From assembly GCF_009914755.1 (NCBI RefSeq), contig NC_060926.1: 64,000 nucleotides of DNA, one strand, 5' to 3'. Under the pieces are notes generated by a model. That model had not been told where the DNA came from. It ran no database searches and saw only the letters and a list, made by a program, of their open reading frames with translations. The stretch comes from the human T2T-CHM13v2.0 reference genome, Homo sapiens. Of the stretch, positions 47,181 through 59,905 are shown piece after piece (the stretch's first letter is position 1; the number at the start of each line of letters is the position of its first letter). The position numbers and the translations under genes were made by a program.

Positions 47181-48694
47181 TTCTTAATTTCATTGGGCTT
47201 TCAAGAATTTCTTGTTTTTAAAATTCCACACTGAAGAAATAGTTTGTCCCTGCATAAACAGCCCCAGCGATGAGAGTTCAGCCCACGAGAAGTGGAGCTG
47301 TTGGTATGGGTCCACTAATGAACAGTTTAATTATGAGAGAACCCATTACACTAAGAGTGTCTCAGTGGTCCGGACGAGTGAATGCTGGCTGATGTTTGGA
47401 GTGAAGCAGACATGTCCACTGGGTGAGCCCCATCTGTAGTGGATGGTCTGTGTGTGTGACTTTCTGGAGCTTTACATTGGATGGTCTCTTTTAGATCCTG
47501 GAAATTATATTTATACAACTTCCTAAACATTACTTTCATAATCCCAAACATGGTACATCCGTGTTCCCAGTGCTTTTTAGAACGATGATACCTAGAGTCA
47601 GTGTATGTCCCCTTCAGCTCTTAAATCACTTCTTTTTGGCACTTTCCCTTTCCCTCTCTTAGCCCTTTCTGGTTTTCAGCATTTTCATGTCCTAGCCAAC
47701 CAGAACCTTCCCTGGCATCATTAGCCCTATTGCCCTTGCCGGTGTCTCCCAGTTAATCAAAACTTATCTGTCTTACTTTTTTGTCCTCAAAGTCCTACTG
47801 AGTAACTAAAACCAATATGACAAATCAATCACTATGCACTGTGAATGCCTGGTTGCCATTAATTAGCAACACACTACATTTTAAGGAACTGCTACAACAG
47901 ATTCCTTGGCAATTCAAGAGTAAAGGGATTTTTCAGCATGCAAAAACCTTTATACAATTTCAGGATTATAGAGTATACCATCTGGGCTGCCATATTATTT
48001 TACCTAATTGCTAGGATTGACCTCAGTGACATGCTATTGTTTGCGGGTTTTGTTTCCTGCTGGATGGCACCTGTTTCAATGTAAGAGTCAAAGCAATTTC
48101 AATTCAGCCTTGTTGGAAAGATTTTTAAAGAACATCAGAGCAGCCTTTGAGGTAGCTGAAAACCTCCATGGAGGTTGGATGTTCATACTGGCAGTGCCCC
48201 TGGATTGGCCCCAGGGTTTCCAGTGTATATGACATTAGGATGGGTGAGGGTGCCCTTGATTTTCTGCTCTAGGAAAAGCAAGAGGTCATCCATTATGCTA
48301 ATGTGTATGGCACCTCTTATTGATTTTGAGTATCAGTGGTTACATTCTCACATGTGGATTCGTGAGACATTTTAGAATTTGTAGCTAACAGGCATACTAT
48401 GGGTATAGGGGCTAGGAATAGAAGCAGAATGAATATTAATTATTGAATACTGCAGAGGCCATTTCTTACCCTTTGCAGTCAATCAATCAATTAATCAAAC
48501 AATCCACACATCTTGATAGAACACTCATTTCACAAAACTCAAGGTGATGTAAAGCCATGTGCATACTAGAAACAAGTGTCAGATACTGTTCTTATCCTCA
48601 AGGACCTCATAGTATGATGAGTACAGGAATTCCCAAACAAGTATGGTGTGAGGTGGGATTAAAAAGGCAATGGACACTCATTAGAATCACCAGA

Positions 48695-49154
48695 TGTCTT
48701 AGTTTGTGTTGCTGTAAAAGAATACCTGCAGCTGGGTAATTCATAAAGAAAAGAGGTTTATTTAGTTCATGGTTCTGCAGGCTATACAAGAAGCATGACA
48801 CTGGCATCTGTTCAGCTTCTGGTGAGGGCTTCTGTGCTATGTGAAAATAAGGTGGAGAAAGTCAAAGGGGAAACAGGTACTCAGAAAGAGAAACTAAAAG
48901 CCGTGGGGTGTTCTGGCTTTATAACAACCCACTCTTGTGGGAACTAATTTATTTTGCTGAGAACCAATCCAGTCTCACAAGAATGAGAACTTACTCACTA
49001 TTGTGAGAAAGCCCCCCAAACCCATTCAAGAGGGATCCATGCCCATGACCCAAAGGCCCCCACTAGATCCCACCATCTCAACATCACCACTCTGGGGATC
49101 AAATTTTGACATGAGATTTGGTGAGGACAAACAAACCACATCCAAAACACAGCA
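48695..49154 (-). mobile_element. MSTB/MSTC-like MaLR solo LTR inside a MER5-type element
   Basis: TGTCTTAG...ACACAGCA termini, TSD CCAGA/CCTGA. Flanks 'cattagaatca|..gaagagcttttt...caagtaattctgatgca'. Confidence 0.85.
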
Positions 49155-50834
49155 CCTGAAGAGCTTTTTTCAGACTATAGCTGCCTTGGATAAAATCAAC
49201 AGAAGCAAAGACTCCCTGACATCTTTACTCTGAAAGCACTTCTCAAGTAATTCTGATGCACACCTCTATTTAAGGCCCATGGGTGAATGACATAAGGTGC
49301 ACAGTCACGTGAAAGGTTAAATAGCAACATGGATCATAGGACAGACTGCCTGGTGCTCTGTGAAGGTCAGTGAAAGCCCATGGATCCAACTGTCTGAAGG
49401 CCTTGGAGACAAGAGGTTTGAGTTGGACTTTGAAGGACAGGTAGGGGTAGGCTTCAAACAGAATCAAGATAGAAGAAATACATTTCTTCCTCTTTATTAT
49501 TCATTATTATTTCTCAAATTTGTTGAGTCACTAAAATTGACATTTTATATTTTCAAAAAGGCAAATCCCCAGCTCTATCCCAGAGCAATAGGATCAAGTT
49601 TTCTCAAAGCAGATTCTGGGAAATTATATTTTAAACAACTGCCCAGGTAATTCCGGTAGTTAAGCAATTTTGCCAAGTACTGCCCTTTATCTTGACTGCA
49701 GGAATCTTATTAAGATTTTCAGATTGTGTCTGAGAAGCAGGACGTAAAGCAATATGGTATGAAGACTTCACTCAAGAGTGGTAGGGATCATCATGGGAGG
49801 ATTATGAGGGCTTACAATATGAGAAGTCTTCCATGACAATTCATAAATTTTGAATTTTGTAGATGCAAGAGTGCCTTTAAACTTTGAGCAAGGGAACGTC
49901 AAGATAATTTATTATTATGCGGTAGAGTTTGAGTGACTAGTCTGATAGAGACTCCAACTGAAGGGACGGGAAGCAGGAGAAAGAGGCTTGGATACCTCAT
50001 ATCAGTGTGCGAAGATATCTGCTTTAGTGTGGAGTGAAGAGCCCACAAAAGAACTGCAGATGTCCTAAGACACAGGATGGAACTCATAGGCAGAGGGTCA
50101 ACAATGGAATAAGCACAGTTGCTTTCCTTTCCCATCCTGTGTAGAGCCCTACAGGGAACTGAGCACAGTTGGACACTCTATGGGTCATGCTCCAGGAGAG
50201 GAACTCTGATCTCTTGTTTCTTTCCCTTTTTATAGGGATTTTGGGAGTAGAGAGACCCTAACCAAGAGTCTGAGAATGGTTGAAGGTGCCCTGCTAGGGG
50301 CATCTTGGAGTTAATATCAGCTGCTTAGAGGAGTGACACACCTGTGTGAATAGCACCTGGAGACTTAGTGGCACGACGAAACTGTTGGGAACATGGGGAG
50401 CCACTGGGCTAGCTAGCTCTTTCAGGCAGTCCAGAAAGAGCCGCCAGGGATACCTAATTTTTTGCTCCTTGAGTAGCCACCCAAGTTTGGGAAGGGATGG
50501 TGGCTTGGGAATGGAGAGTATACTTTTTCTCTAGTACTTGTCCTTAATCCAAATGTTGTGCAGTTCTGTAAAGGAATAATCAAGAGAGAAAAATTTCCAG
50601 GAAATCATTTGATGAAAGTCCCTCTTCCGTCATGGGTATTTCTACAGTTGAGACAATTTCTGAGTGTTTTTAATTACAGGAGTCCACACCTTCAACTAAG
50701 CTACTCTTCAAATTCCTTCTCAGGCAAACTCCTCACTTTGTAAATAAACTTGTAGTCACGTTTACATGAAAGTATTTAATATATTGGTGTCATTTCTGAA
50801 GATGGCGGCAAAAGAAAATAGACAGGATCTTCTT

Positions 50835-51305
50835 CTGTCAGTTAGGATTGTGTTCAGTTGCATGCAGCAGAAAGCTGGATTTCAGTGGCTTAAACAAATT
50901 AGAAGTTTGATTTTCTCACTCAACAAGAAGGTCAGAAGTGAGTGACTGCTGAAGTTGATTCAGAGGTTCTACAGTGTGAAGGATTATATCTCTGAGGTCC
51001 ACTTGGTTGGCCTTTCTCTTACGGTCTGCGGCAGGTCCAGCCATACGGTGGTGTTCAAGGCAGGAGTGGGTAAAGGGAGAGGAGACACATTGGCACTATG
51101 ATCAGAAGAGTAAAAGCAGGAAGGAGCCTCCACCTCCCACATTGAGGGTCCCAACCCTCAGTCCAGACCTGGGCACACAGTCACCCTGCCTTCAGTGAAG
51201 GTTGAGGAAATGAGTTCTTTCTCTTTCCAGGCTTCATGGAGGGAAGTGGTAAGGAAGAAGAAATGCGAAATGACTTCTGAGTTGCCAAATATTAGTGTCT
51301 GCCTT
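50835..51305 (-). mobile_element. Old MLT1 (J/K-like) solo LTR
   Basis: 'tgtcagttaggattgtgttcagttgca...cagtggcttaaacaaattagaagttt...ttttctcac'. Confidence 0.7.
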
Positions 51306-51329
51306 ACCAATCAGGCTCAATAAACTAGA

Positions 51330-51590
51330 GCCGCAATTCTCAACCTTGGCTGCACATTTGAATCAGCCAAGGGAGCTTTAAAAATCCTAAAGCATTAACC
51401 ACACCCCAGACAAATTTCATTCCAGTCTCTGGGGTTGGGATACATGCCATTTTTAAAAGCTCCTTAGTGAGTGCAGTGTGCAGTGACGATTGAGAACCTC
51501 TGGTCTAGCCCTCCCGCAAGGGTATTTTTTAACATGTTCTCCAGATAATATTGATGCAGGTGATCCCCTTTTGAAAAAACACTGTTAAAC
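51330..51590. mobile_element. MER5A/B fragments
   Basis: 'ttctcaaccttggctgcacatttgaatca...ttgagaacctctg'. Confidence 0.75.
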
Positions 51591-51759
51591 TCTCATTCAC
51601 TGACAAATTTATTTATTTATTTATTTATTTATTTATTCAGACATATGTACTGAATGCCTTCCACATTTATGGCTACTGGAGAAGAGTAGGAATGGATTTA
51701 TGCTTTATGCTCTTCAATTACCTCCAATATCTTCAGATTGTATAGGGCTTTAAAATGAA

Positions 51760-52300
51760 AATAAAACACTTTTTTATGCACTATCTCATTTAAACTGCAG
51801 AGCAAGACTATGAGGCATTATGATTTCAGTTTAAGAGCTGAAGAAACTTGATACTTAAGGAGGCGGAGTGAGCTGCTCCAAGTCACTTAGCTTTGACTTT
51901 ATGTGTGAAAGAAGTGTCACTGGGAAAGGGGTTTTCAGACCCCACATTCGATGCTCTATCCACTGGAAGACAAAACCCATGCATATACTACAGCTAAGTC
52001 ATTGCACAAACTGAAATATATTTTGCAAATGTACCCAAAGTTAATGAGGTAGAAATATGAAAGATAGCAAATCTTGATTGACCAAGTATTATCTAAAAAC
52101 AATGTTCTCAGTGCCATATTATATGCATTCACTCATTGGAATTTCATAACAAGTCTAGTGGAGAAGTATTTTATTTTCACTTTGCTCACAAGGAAACTGG
52201 ATGTTTAATTACTTGTCCAAGGTCACAGTATTAGTAAGAAGAGAAGATAGGATTTGAACCCATGCATCTGGTTTCAAACCTTCACTCTTAACTCAGAGCT
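51760..52300 (-). mobile_element. MIR fragments
   Basis: 'acttgtccaaggtcacag...ggatttgaaccca'. Confidence 0.7.
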
Positions 52301-53289
52301 GCCTTGTACAGTTGAGCAGGTTTTTCACTGCCTAAAGAGGTTCAGCTTAGAGGGCTAGTGGGAACTGAAATTCAGCCCAAGCTCAGTTCACCAAGTCTCT
52401 ACTCTGGCGCAGGTATATTTGCTATTACGGGAACAGTGTTTCTGTAATTCCCATGTAGGCAACCTGTGGACTATGTGATTTTCAGGCTTCACCATTACCT
52501 ATGTTGCCATTCTGTACATGACTTGATTTCATTCATTCCTCAAGTTGCTCATCCACTGACTCATTCACAAATATCTATGGGGAGCTTTCAGGGTTTATGC
52601 CCAGTTCTAGGAAATCTTCAGGAGATGGTGACCAACACAGGCTCCAGGCCTTTCCTGCTTATAAATGTGCATCATACTCATTAGATTTTATTAGCCAATG
52701 GTCATAAATCACTATCTACACATAGCAAGAAATCAGAGAGTTCAGAATTATGATGAAAAGCAACAATCTCCCACCCTGCACCTGCACCCTCAGCCCTACC
52801 ATGGAGGTTCCTTTGACTGTGGATTTAGACTTGCTAATTCATAAAACATCCTGTACCTCAAAGATGCTCTCAGTCTGTCTACCCAAGTCCTGTTTGGCCA
52901 AGGGAAATCAATGGGGTTTAATCAGAATGCATAGCTCTAGTTTCCCCTGTGCAGGCGGGGCCTCAGAAACTTTAAAAGATTAAAATACACTATTACTTTC
53001 TATCTGTCTTTTTCTTCACCCTATCCTTCCCTCTCTTCTTTTCTCTATCGTTGCTGTATACTTTGCACCTAGGATGGTGTTGAGCACATGGTAGGCATTT
53101 AATAAACATTTGTGAATGAGTAGAAGAAGGAGTAAATGCGTGGCTAATTTTTGTAGCACCCAATGTTAAGAACGCTTTTCATATAGCTAATCTCATTCAA
53201 TCTTAATAACAAGCTATGAACTTAATCGTATCACTAATTTGAATCCATCATATGTATATACGCAAATTGTGTTTCAATCACATAAAATA

Positions 53290-54190
53290 ACTTTTCCAGA
53301 TGGTAAAATGGTAGACAAGATGCCTGAACTGATCCTCCACTGAAAACAACAAAATATGCAGAATAAAATTTTAAGAAATATTTCTATAATTTTTCCATGA
53401 GCTTGCAAGAAAGTAAGGAATACTCAGACCAAAAATTGGGTGAAAATAGGAGCCCAGAGAGGTAGTAAAGTCCAGTTACTGACATGAGGTCACTTTTCTG
53501 GGTAAAACTGAGTGTAGTTTTTGAGGCCTCGTGGGGCTTAATAAGATTTGGAAGACAAAGCTCAGGACCAACTAGAAGTAGGAATCTAATAGAAGACCCT
53601 CTGGAAAGCTGGGGCTCCGTGAGACTATACTCTCAGTGCCAGGATACATTAAAAATAAAACAACCTCTCAGCTCACTCAGGGTACCTCAAAACAAACTGT
53701 CACAAACCTTGGCACTGAACTAATAAGGGAAAAAATTTCTTTGAAAATCGATAACCATAAGCCATTTCTCATGAAGCTTTACAGATCAAATTGATATCAC
53801 CTCAGTGGCCTAAAAACTCTCAAGCTGATGAAATTAAAAAAAAAAATTTCCAGTAGTGGTAATGTTTCCATTCACTGAGAGAACAAATATAAATCATTAT
53901 TTGAAAATTTCATCTTAATTCTAGGGCTCAAAATTTTTTCACAGGTAAAATTCTGAGAGTAATTAGCTGTTTACAGTCAAAAATCATTAAGTAAAGTTTA
54001 CAAAGAAGACATTAGCAAGAGCCAGCAGAAACAACAGATAGCACAACAAGACCTTTAAAAAACCTTCAGATTTTGGAAAGATCCACCACAGAATACAGAA
54101 TAATATCTTTTATAAGATGAAATAAAATATTACTAAAGAGTAAGCAGATTGGTAAAAAGAATTTCTAGAAGTAAGAAATATAATAATATT
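53290..54190 (+). mobile_element. Ancient L1M/HAL1 5' fragment
   Basis: 'ttccag...aaaatggtagac...ctccactgaaaacaacaaaa' start, and 'agccagcagaaacaacaga...cttcagattttgga' ORF1-like A-rich sequence. Confidence 0.55.
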
Positions 54191-54499
54191 CTAATGACCA
54201 TTTTACACTGAATGTCATGACCGACACATTTTTTATACCATTTCCATTATAAGGTCTTAATTTGTGTGAAACATTCTGTTGATACAATATTTGGTTAAGG
54301 CAACTCCATTTTTTTAGCTAACATTTCCATTTAGCTATAAATTCATACAAGAACACGACACTCTCCAACCATGGTGAGAACTTATGCATGGTCTCAGTTA
54401 ATGACTTGATGATAGTTCCTGGGAGGTAATTCAGGGTGTGAATGTTTATTCACTTACAAGATGGTGGTAGTAATACCATCTTCACAGTTTTGTTCTGAG

Positions 54500-54740
54500 T
54501 AGAGTGCAGTGATTAAGACTTTGCATACTGGAGTCAGACCGACTGGGCTCATATTCTGTCTCTATTACTTACTAGCTGTGTGACCTTCAGCAAGTTTTAA
54601 AATCTCTCTGTGCCTTGGTTCCCTCATTTGCAAAAAGGGGATAATGATAGTACATGCCTCACAATGCTGTTGAAGGGCCAAGTGAGATAATGAATAAAAA
54701 GTGCTTTGATGTAGTGATCACACAATAGAAGCTAATGGCT
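54500..54740 (+). mobile_element. MIR
   Basis: 'tggagtcagaccgactggg...acttactagctgtgtgaccttcagcaagtt...ctctctgtgccttggttccctcatttg'. Confidence 0.85.
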
Positions 54741-57700
54741 ATTGAGATTATATAGACTATGTAGTGCCTGGTACATAGAGGCAGTCCAAAAATGATATTC
54801 TGTTATATATTATTATTCTTAGACATTGTTGGAATTCATTTTGTTAAGGATGTGTCTATTAATTTTAAGCTGGAAGGTTTCTTCCAGTTCAATTAGTCTA
54901 ATTGTCTAACTTCACAGGCAAAAAAACTCCAGAGAGGTTAAGTTTGTATCAGAAACAGCCTTCTTGGCTTCTAGATCTGTGGAAATGGCAATGAAGGAGA
55001 GGGAACAAAATGTAAGGATTTTATTGGTGGGTGAATCAAACCTTTATTTCTCTGCAATAAAAAGACAAATTTGTGTCTCAGTTGGGTTTTTCTCTTATGG
55101 GGGCAGGACTGTCAATGGGACTGGCTGGAATTGCGGGAAAGAGGCAGGGGTTTTAGAGGTGCTGAATATGTGAGCTGCTGTCAACTGGGAGTATGACTTA
55201 AATGTGGCTGGATATTGAGCCCAGTTCAAAGAATTGCAGGCAAGACTGGGCTTTGAGAAAAGATTAAACAGAAAGAAGAAGTTGATGAGAGACTGGGGAA
55301 AGGGAGGTAGAGGAGGAAGGGCGAGGTGGTGGAGAAAGAGAATGTAGAAGAGGAATAAAAAGGTTTAGACATTTTATATTAGATGAGGATTACCTCTGTA
55401 ATTTATTAATATTTAAGTCATCCCATTTTCATTTTCTTCTAGCAGCTGAGCATATAGTTGTTTTGAGTTTGAATGGATTGTAAAATATATCCCAAAGCAA
55501 TATGGAAAACTCCTCTATCATGACACAATTTAAGTCTCTGCTCAAAAAAATGATATAATTTTTTTTTGTAGAAGATATCTGCTATGGTTAAGGGATATAA
55601 ATGCCTCCAGAAAACAGTTTTTGAGGTTTTTGTTTTAAAAAAATATCACTAAGACAGTTCACAAGGCTGAGAGATCTAACCGTATTTTGCTAAGGTAGAT
55701 GAGAGCTTTATGTAACTAATTAAGTCCTCTATAGAAATTAGTTTTAGCAAGTTCTGCCAGATGCCCTTATTGGATATGGCTGAATGGGGATTAGGAAAGT
55801 TGGGACAAAAATGAATAAAGTGAAAACGTAGCTACTTGTAGTTGTAGAGAAACAAAAAAAGCAAGCTTGCATACTCTCTATTGCCACATGAAAAAAAAAA
55901 AGAAGAGGCTTTGAGCACTGAATTCATTCCATTAGCCTGGATGAGGTGCATAGAATATCTGTTAGTGGTACAGAAAGAGAATATATGGGTGTTAGCAAGA
56001 CCCACAGGGCTATTTCAATTCAAAGAAACTCAGAAGTTTTCAACAAATTGCTGAGAAGCGATTTTGGTGCCAAGCTTAGCAATTCAGACAAGGCAATTTA
56101 AAAAAAGCTAAGAATTTGTGGAGAAGGTACTTAGTTGTACTTTAGATGTTCATTTCTTTAAAAGTTGATATAAAATATAATCTTTGTGATGATTCATTTA
56201 AACATGGCTATTCGTGTCTCACATATGGAAGACAATTTTCTTTCTACTTAGAATTTTCATTCTGAAGGAATTTATCTTAGAGGACAAGGAAATGTATTAT
56301 TAGGTAACTGCAAGTGTAGCTATTTTTGATGTGTCCATGGTAGAGAAAATGAGTTAGTAAAGAGGCCTAATAAGTCTCTAAAGAGAAAGGTGTTAGTAGA
56401 GATCTACTTTTGAATGACAGGCAAAGCCAAAGTGTTTATTATTTAGATCAGGTGACTGTAGCAGGACTGCCACTTGGTGGCAGCATGCTTAAAATGTGCC
56501 TACAAATTTTTGAGGGGGGTGATGAATAAAGTTCTTTTAAAAGTTGAAACTGTGAAATAAAGGTTATGAAGTGACAAAAACATTGTAGCAGTAGTGCTTG
56601 GATGGCTTAAACACAGCCAAGAAAATATAAAGTATCTCTTGTACTACTAAGAAGGAACACAAGGCTGGAAGAGATTTCTTGCTATATTCTGTGTAGATCT
56701 TTAAATTGTGTCTGTTTACTTTGGGGTTTTGCCTCAAATTTTTAATTTTGCATATCTATAGGTCTTACATTTGAGTTACTTAAAAAGTTGTCACTTTTCT
56801 TCCTTTTTTAGAAGGGTAGGGAGAAAATAAAACTTGAGTTATGATTAATCAACCTTTTGTGGACCAGGGGAAATTATTCTCTCTTTTGGCACTTTAATCA
56901 CTGAATAGCAGAATTTAAGTGAAGAAAAAACATGAATATTTACTTTACTTTCCTCTAGAGAAGAAAAATATTTCAATGTTGCTTGTTTTTGTTTGTTCTT
57001 AACGTGGAAATCCATGAGTTGAACTAAATAAACTATTAGCTTGTTTTAGGCTTAGCTCAAAGCATATTTTGTTGTTTCATACATTTCTGGTTCAATAATA
57101 TGAGAAAAATATATAAGGTTAATACTGACTGAATCAATTTATGGCACTGGGCCTAAATTTGGTGAAAAAATATTTCAGTTGGTGACTTTACTGAAAATGT
57201 TAATATTTGTGTTTGCTGTATTTTATCCTAGCTTGTATTGTTAGTTTGGTAGACTTAAGTCCATTTTACGAAATAACATGAATGTTGAAAATATAAATAT
57301 AGAGCCATAAAAACACCTTTAATTTACTATGTCCTGAAAAACATGATTTTAGTTTTGCTGGTATTTATCAGAATGTACTTAGTGCCTCTCAGCCTTTTTG
57401 TCCACTGTACCACGTGATGCATCTCCAAGTTTACCGGGCTCATTTAGTTCCTCCTCACCCTTTAATGAAGGTGAGCCTGAGGTGCAGAGTATCAGTGCCT
57501 GGCTCACAGACAGCCACCTCCTTCCTGGGGCAACAGGGTCGGGTTGACAAATTCTGTTCACAAATCAAGCGTGGAATTATTATCTAGAGCAAGTAGTTGG
57601 ATGATGATTTGTTATGTCTTGAGAACCTACCATACCACGTAAGTATCTCACAATAGAGTAAAAACCTGAAAACTCTCTCATCTTCTGAGATCAAGACATG

Positions 57701-58407
57701 GTGCCTTAGTGACAAATGCCCTCTAAAATAGCAGGGAAAAATGATTATTTAAAGCCAATGCTGGCTTTGGCTTCTTCTGTCTTTTGTGTGTGGGGGGGGG
57801 TGGCTTAATTCCCCTAGCTGAGCCTGATGGGGAGGCAGGAAGAGAGAGGCCTGGAGCAGATTTTACAGTATGTGCAGAGATTTGGGGTCTGACAGGGTCT
57901 GGCATGGGGCAGGGGCTACAGACAGTGGAGTTATTCTGCAAAACAAAATGAAAGGATTCTGGGGGTCACTAGAGATGGGGGGAGACTGGAAGGAGAGAGG
58001 AGAGTAAAGCATCATGACAGGGTGGCCAAAAAACCTTCAAGCAATGGGGATCTCACGTTCAGCTGTGTAATTTGCAACTCTGAGCTGTAAACATCCATTA
58101 TCGCTACAGATCTTCAGTAAATTCTGCAATAGATACAAATTCTCTGTGTGCGTGCTTTTTGGTTTTGTTTTTTTGTTTAAGCTTTGCAGAAATCAAGAAC
58201 AGTGCTGAATTCCCTACCAGGGTCGATGCAAAGGGTAGAGAAGGGTTCAGCCATAGACTCAGGGCTGGTGTGATAGTGAGGGTGATCAGCTCACAGGAGA
58301 AGGCCCTCAGGCCAGCAGTGCCCATATAAACCCCAGGGAATGTGCAATCCAATCTTGGGGGTGGGAGTGGGGAGACAGGAAATAGAAGCCCTAAGCTTCA
58401 GGTTTCT

Positions 58408-58408
<1 letters not shown>

Positions 58409-58446
<38 letters not shown>

Positions 58447-58452
58447 TGTGCG
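58409..58452. repeat. (TG)n microsatellite
   Basis: Directly visible. Confidence 0.95.
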
Positions 58453-59007
58453 TATAGATGGATGGATAGATATGGACAGAAAGTTTCCACCAGTATGTGA
58501 CTGTCACGTGTTAATTAAGAACCCTCACTGTCCTTAGCCCCATGTTAAGTACCGGTAATGGCATAAAAAGTATAATATAATACTTGGGCCTTTCCCTGAA
58601 GAGACCATGAGCCAAGATGAGAAAATTGATTTATCACATGTGATATGGTAGCAATATCGCTTTATATTTTCTTGTACAGTAAAAACAGAAAGTGCTGAAA
58701 CGAAAACAGCTTGAAAAAAAATGGACACAGTACTATCTTTGTGGCTTTCCTCGAAGTAGAATTTGAGTCAGCAAAATGATGGAAAACTTTGTTCAGGGTC
58801 ATGAATGAGGCTTTGCATCTCTGTAGGACTTGCCTTTTTGCCCGCATTTCCTTAACAAACTCTAGCAAAGAATAATCAGAATTAGCAATCATTTCAGACT
58901 GAAGAATGATGACTTAGAGTATCATCTGATACCAACCCAATGATAACAGAGTATCATCTGATACCAACTCAAGTGTATTGGTCACCTTGTTTGGTCAGTC
59001 TATGTCC

Positions 59008-59540
59008 GTGATTCTTAACAGAGGTGGCACCACCCTCTAAGGGACCTTTGGAATTTTGCAGGAACACTTTCTGGTTGTCACAGTGATCAGCAGCCAGGAG
59101 CAGCCTGCAATGTGAAGACAGTCCTGTGGGACAGTCCTAGGCTACAGGGAACTGTCCTGCATCCTGCATGTCTTATAAACATCCTACTGGACGTCGATGT
59201 TTGTAAGTGAGACATTTGTTCATGATTATATTTGAGTTGCTAACCAATATATCTGTATCACTGCATTTGTTGCTGTCACATCCTCAGCAGTTTGCTCTAT
59301 GGGGCAAGCATCTGACAACCTCACTGTGTTTTCCTGGGTGGTTGTGTCCCAGCATTTACATGTTGAAATACATATATTTTTAGTATAAAGTACCGATCTT
59401 TACTTCTCCTTTATATTATAGCTAGAACATTATATTTAAATTTTTGAATTAGGTATATAGGTAGGTTATGTTATCTTTAAATTTTAGCTTATGATGGGAA
59501 GGAAGATGTTTCAAAATATTTGTTAAGAAAGGGGTTGCTA
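59008..59540. mobile_element. MER20-family hAT element (MER20B-like)
   Basis: 'gtgattcttaac...gggacctttggaattttgcaggaacactttctggttgtcacagtga'. Confidence 0.55.
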
Positions 59541-59589
59541 CTGATATCTGTGACCAAGTTCACAGTGCCCTGGAGGCCACCACTCTCAG

Positions 59590-59905
59590 GCGAGAGGTTG
59601 CCAACAGATGGCTCCCAAGGCCAATTCAGCCTGTAGACATGCTTGGTGTGGGCTCCAGAATATTTTGAAAGGAATTCAGATGTGCTGCCAACATTCAGAA
59701 CTAGAGATTCTTCAGAAAATGTCTGCATTTCTGACTTCTTGGAAATTCTGACAACCCAGAAATACAGGGCCTATGAATGGTCTTGGTGGCCCCATCCCCT
59801 TTGGAGGGACAACAGCTCTCCAATCCAGCATGGTCTTAACCTAGCCAACTTGACTCACTGAAGTGTCTGTCTCGTGCCCATGGATATTTACCTTTTTGAC
59901 CTTTA
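59590..59905. mobile_element. MER102-like hAT MITE
   Basis: 'ggttgccaacagatggctcccaaggccaattcagcctgtagacatg...tggatatttacctttttgacc'. Confidence 0.5.

Noticed and set aside
46614-47234. Overlapping 160-206-aa ORFs (also 43254-43528)
   Set aside because: Stop-free low-complexity purine/pyrimidine tracts giving P/S/F/L or R/K/E/G runs.
58916-58968. Palindromic repeat-spacer-repeat resembling CRISPR
   Set aside because: Only two units, an 11-nt spacer, no cas genes, primate DNA. Explained by tandem duplication.
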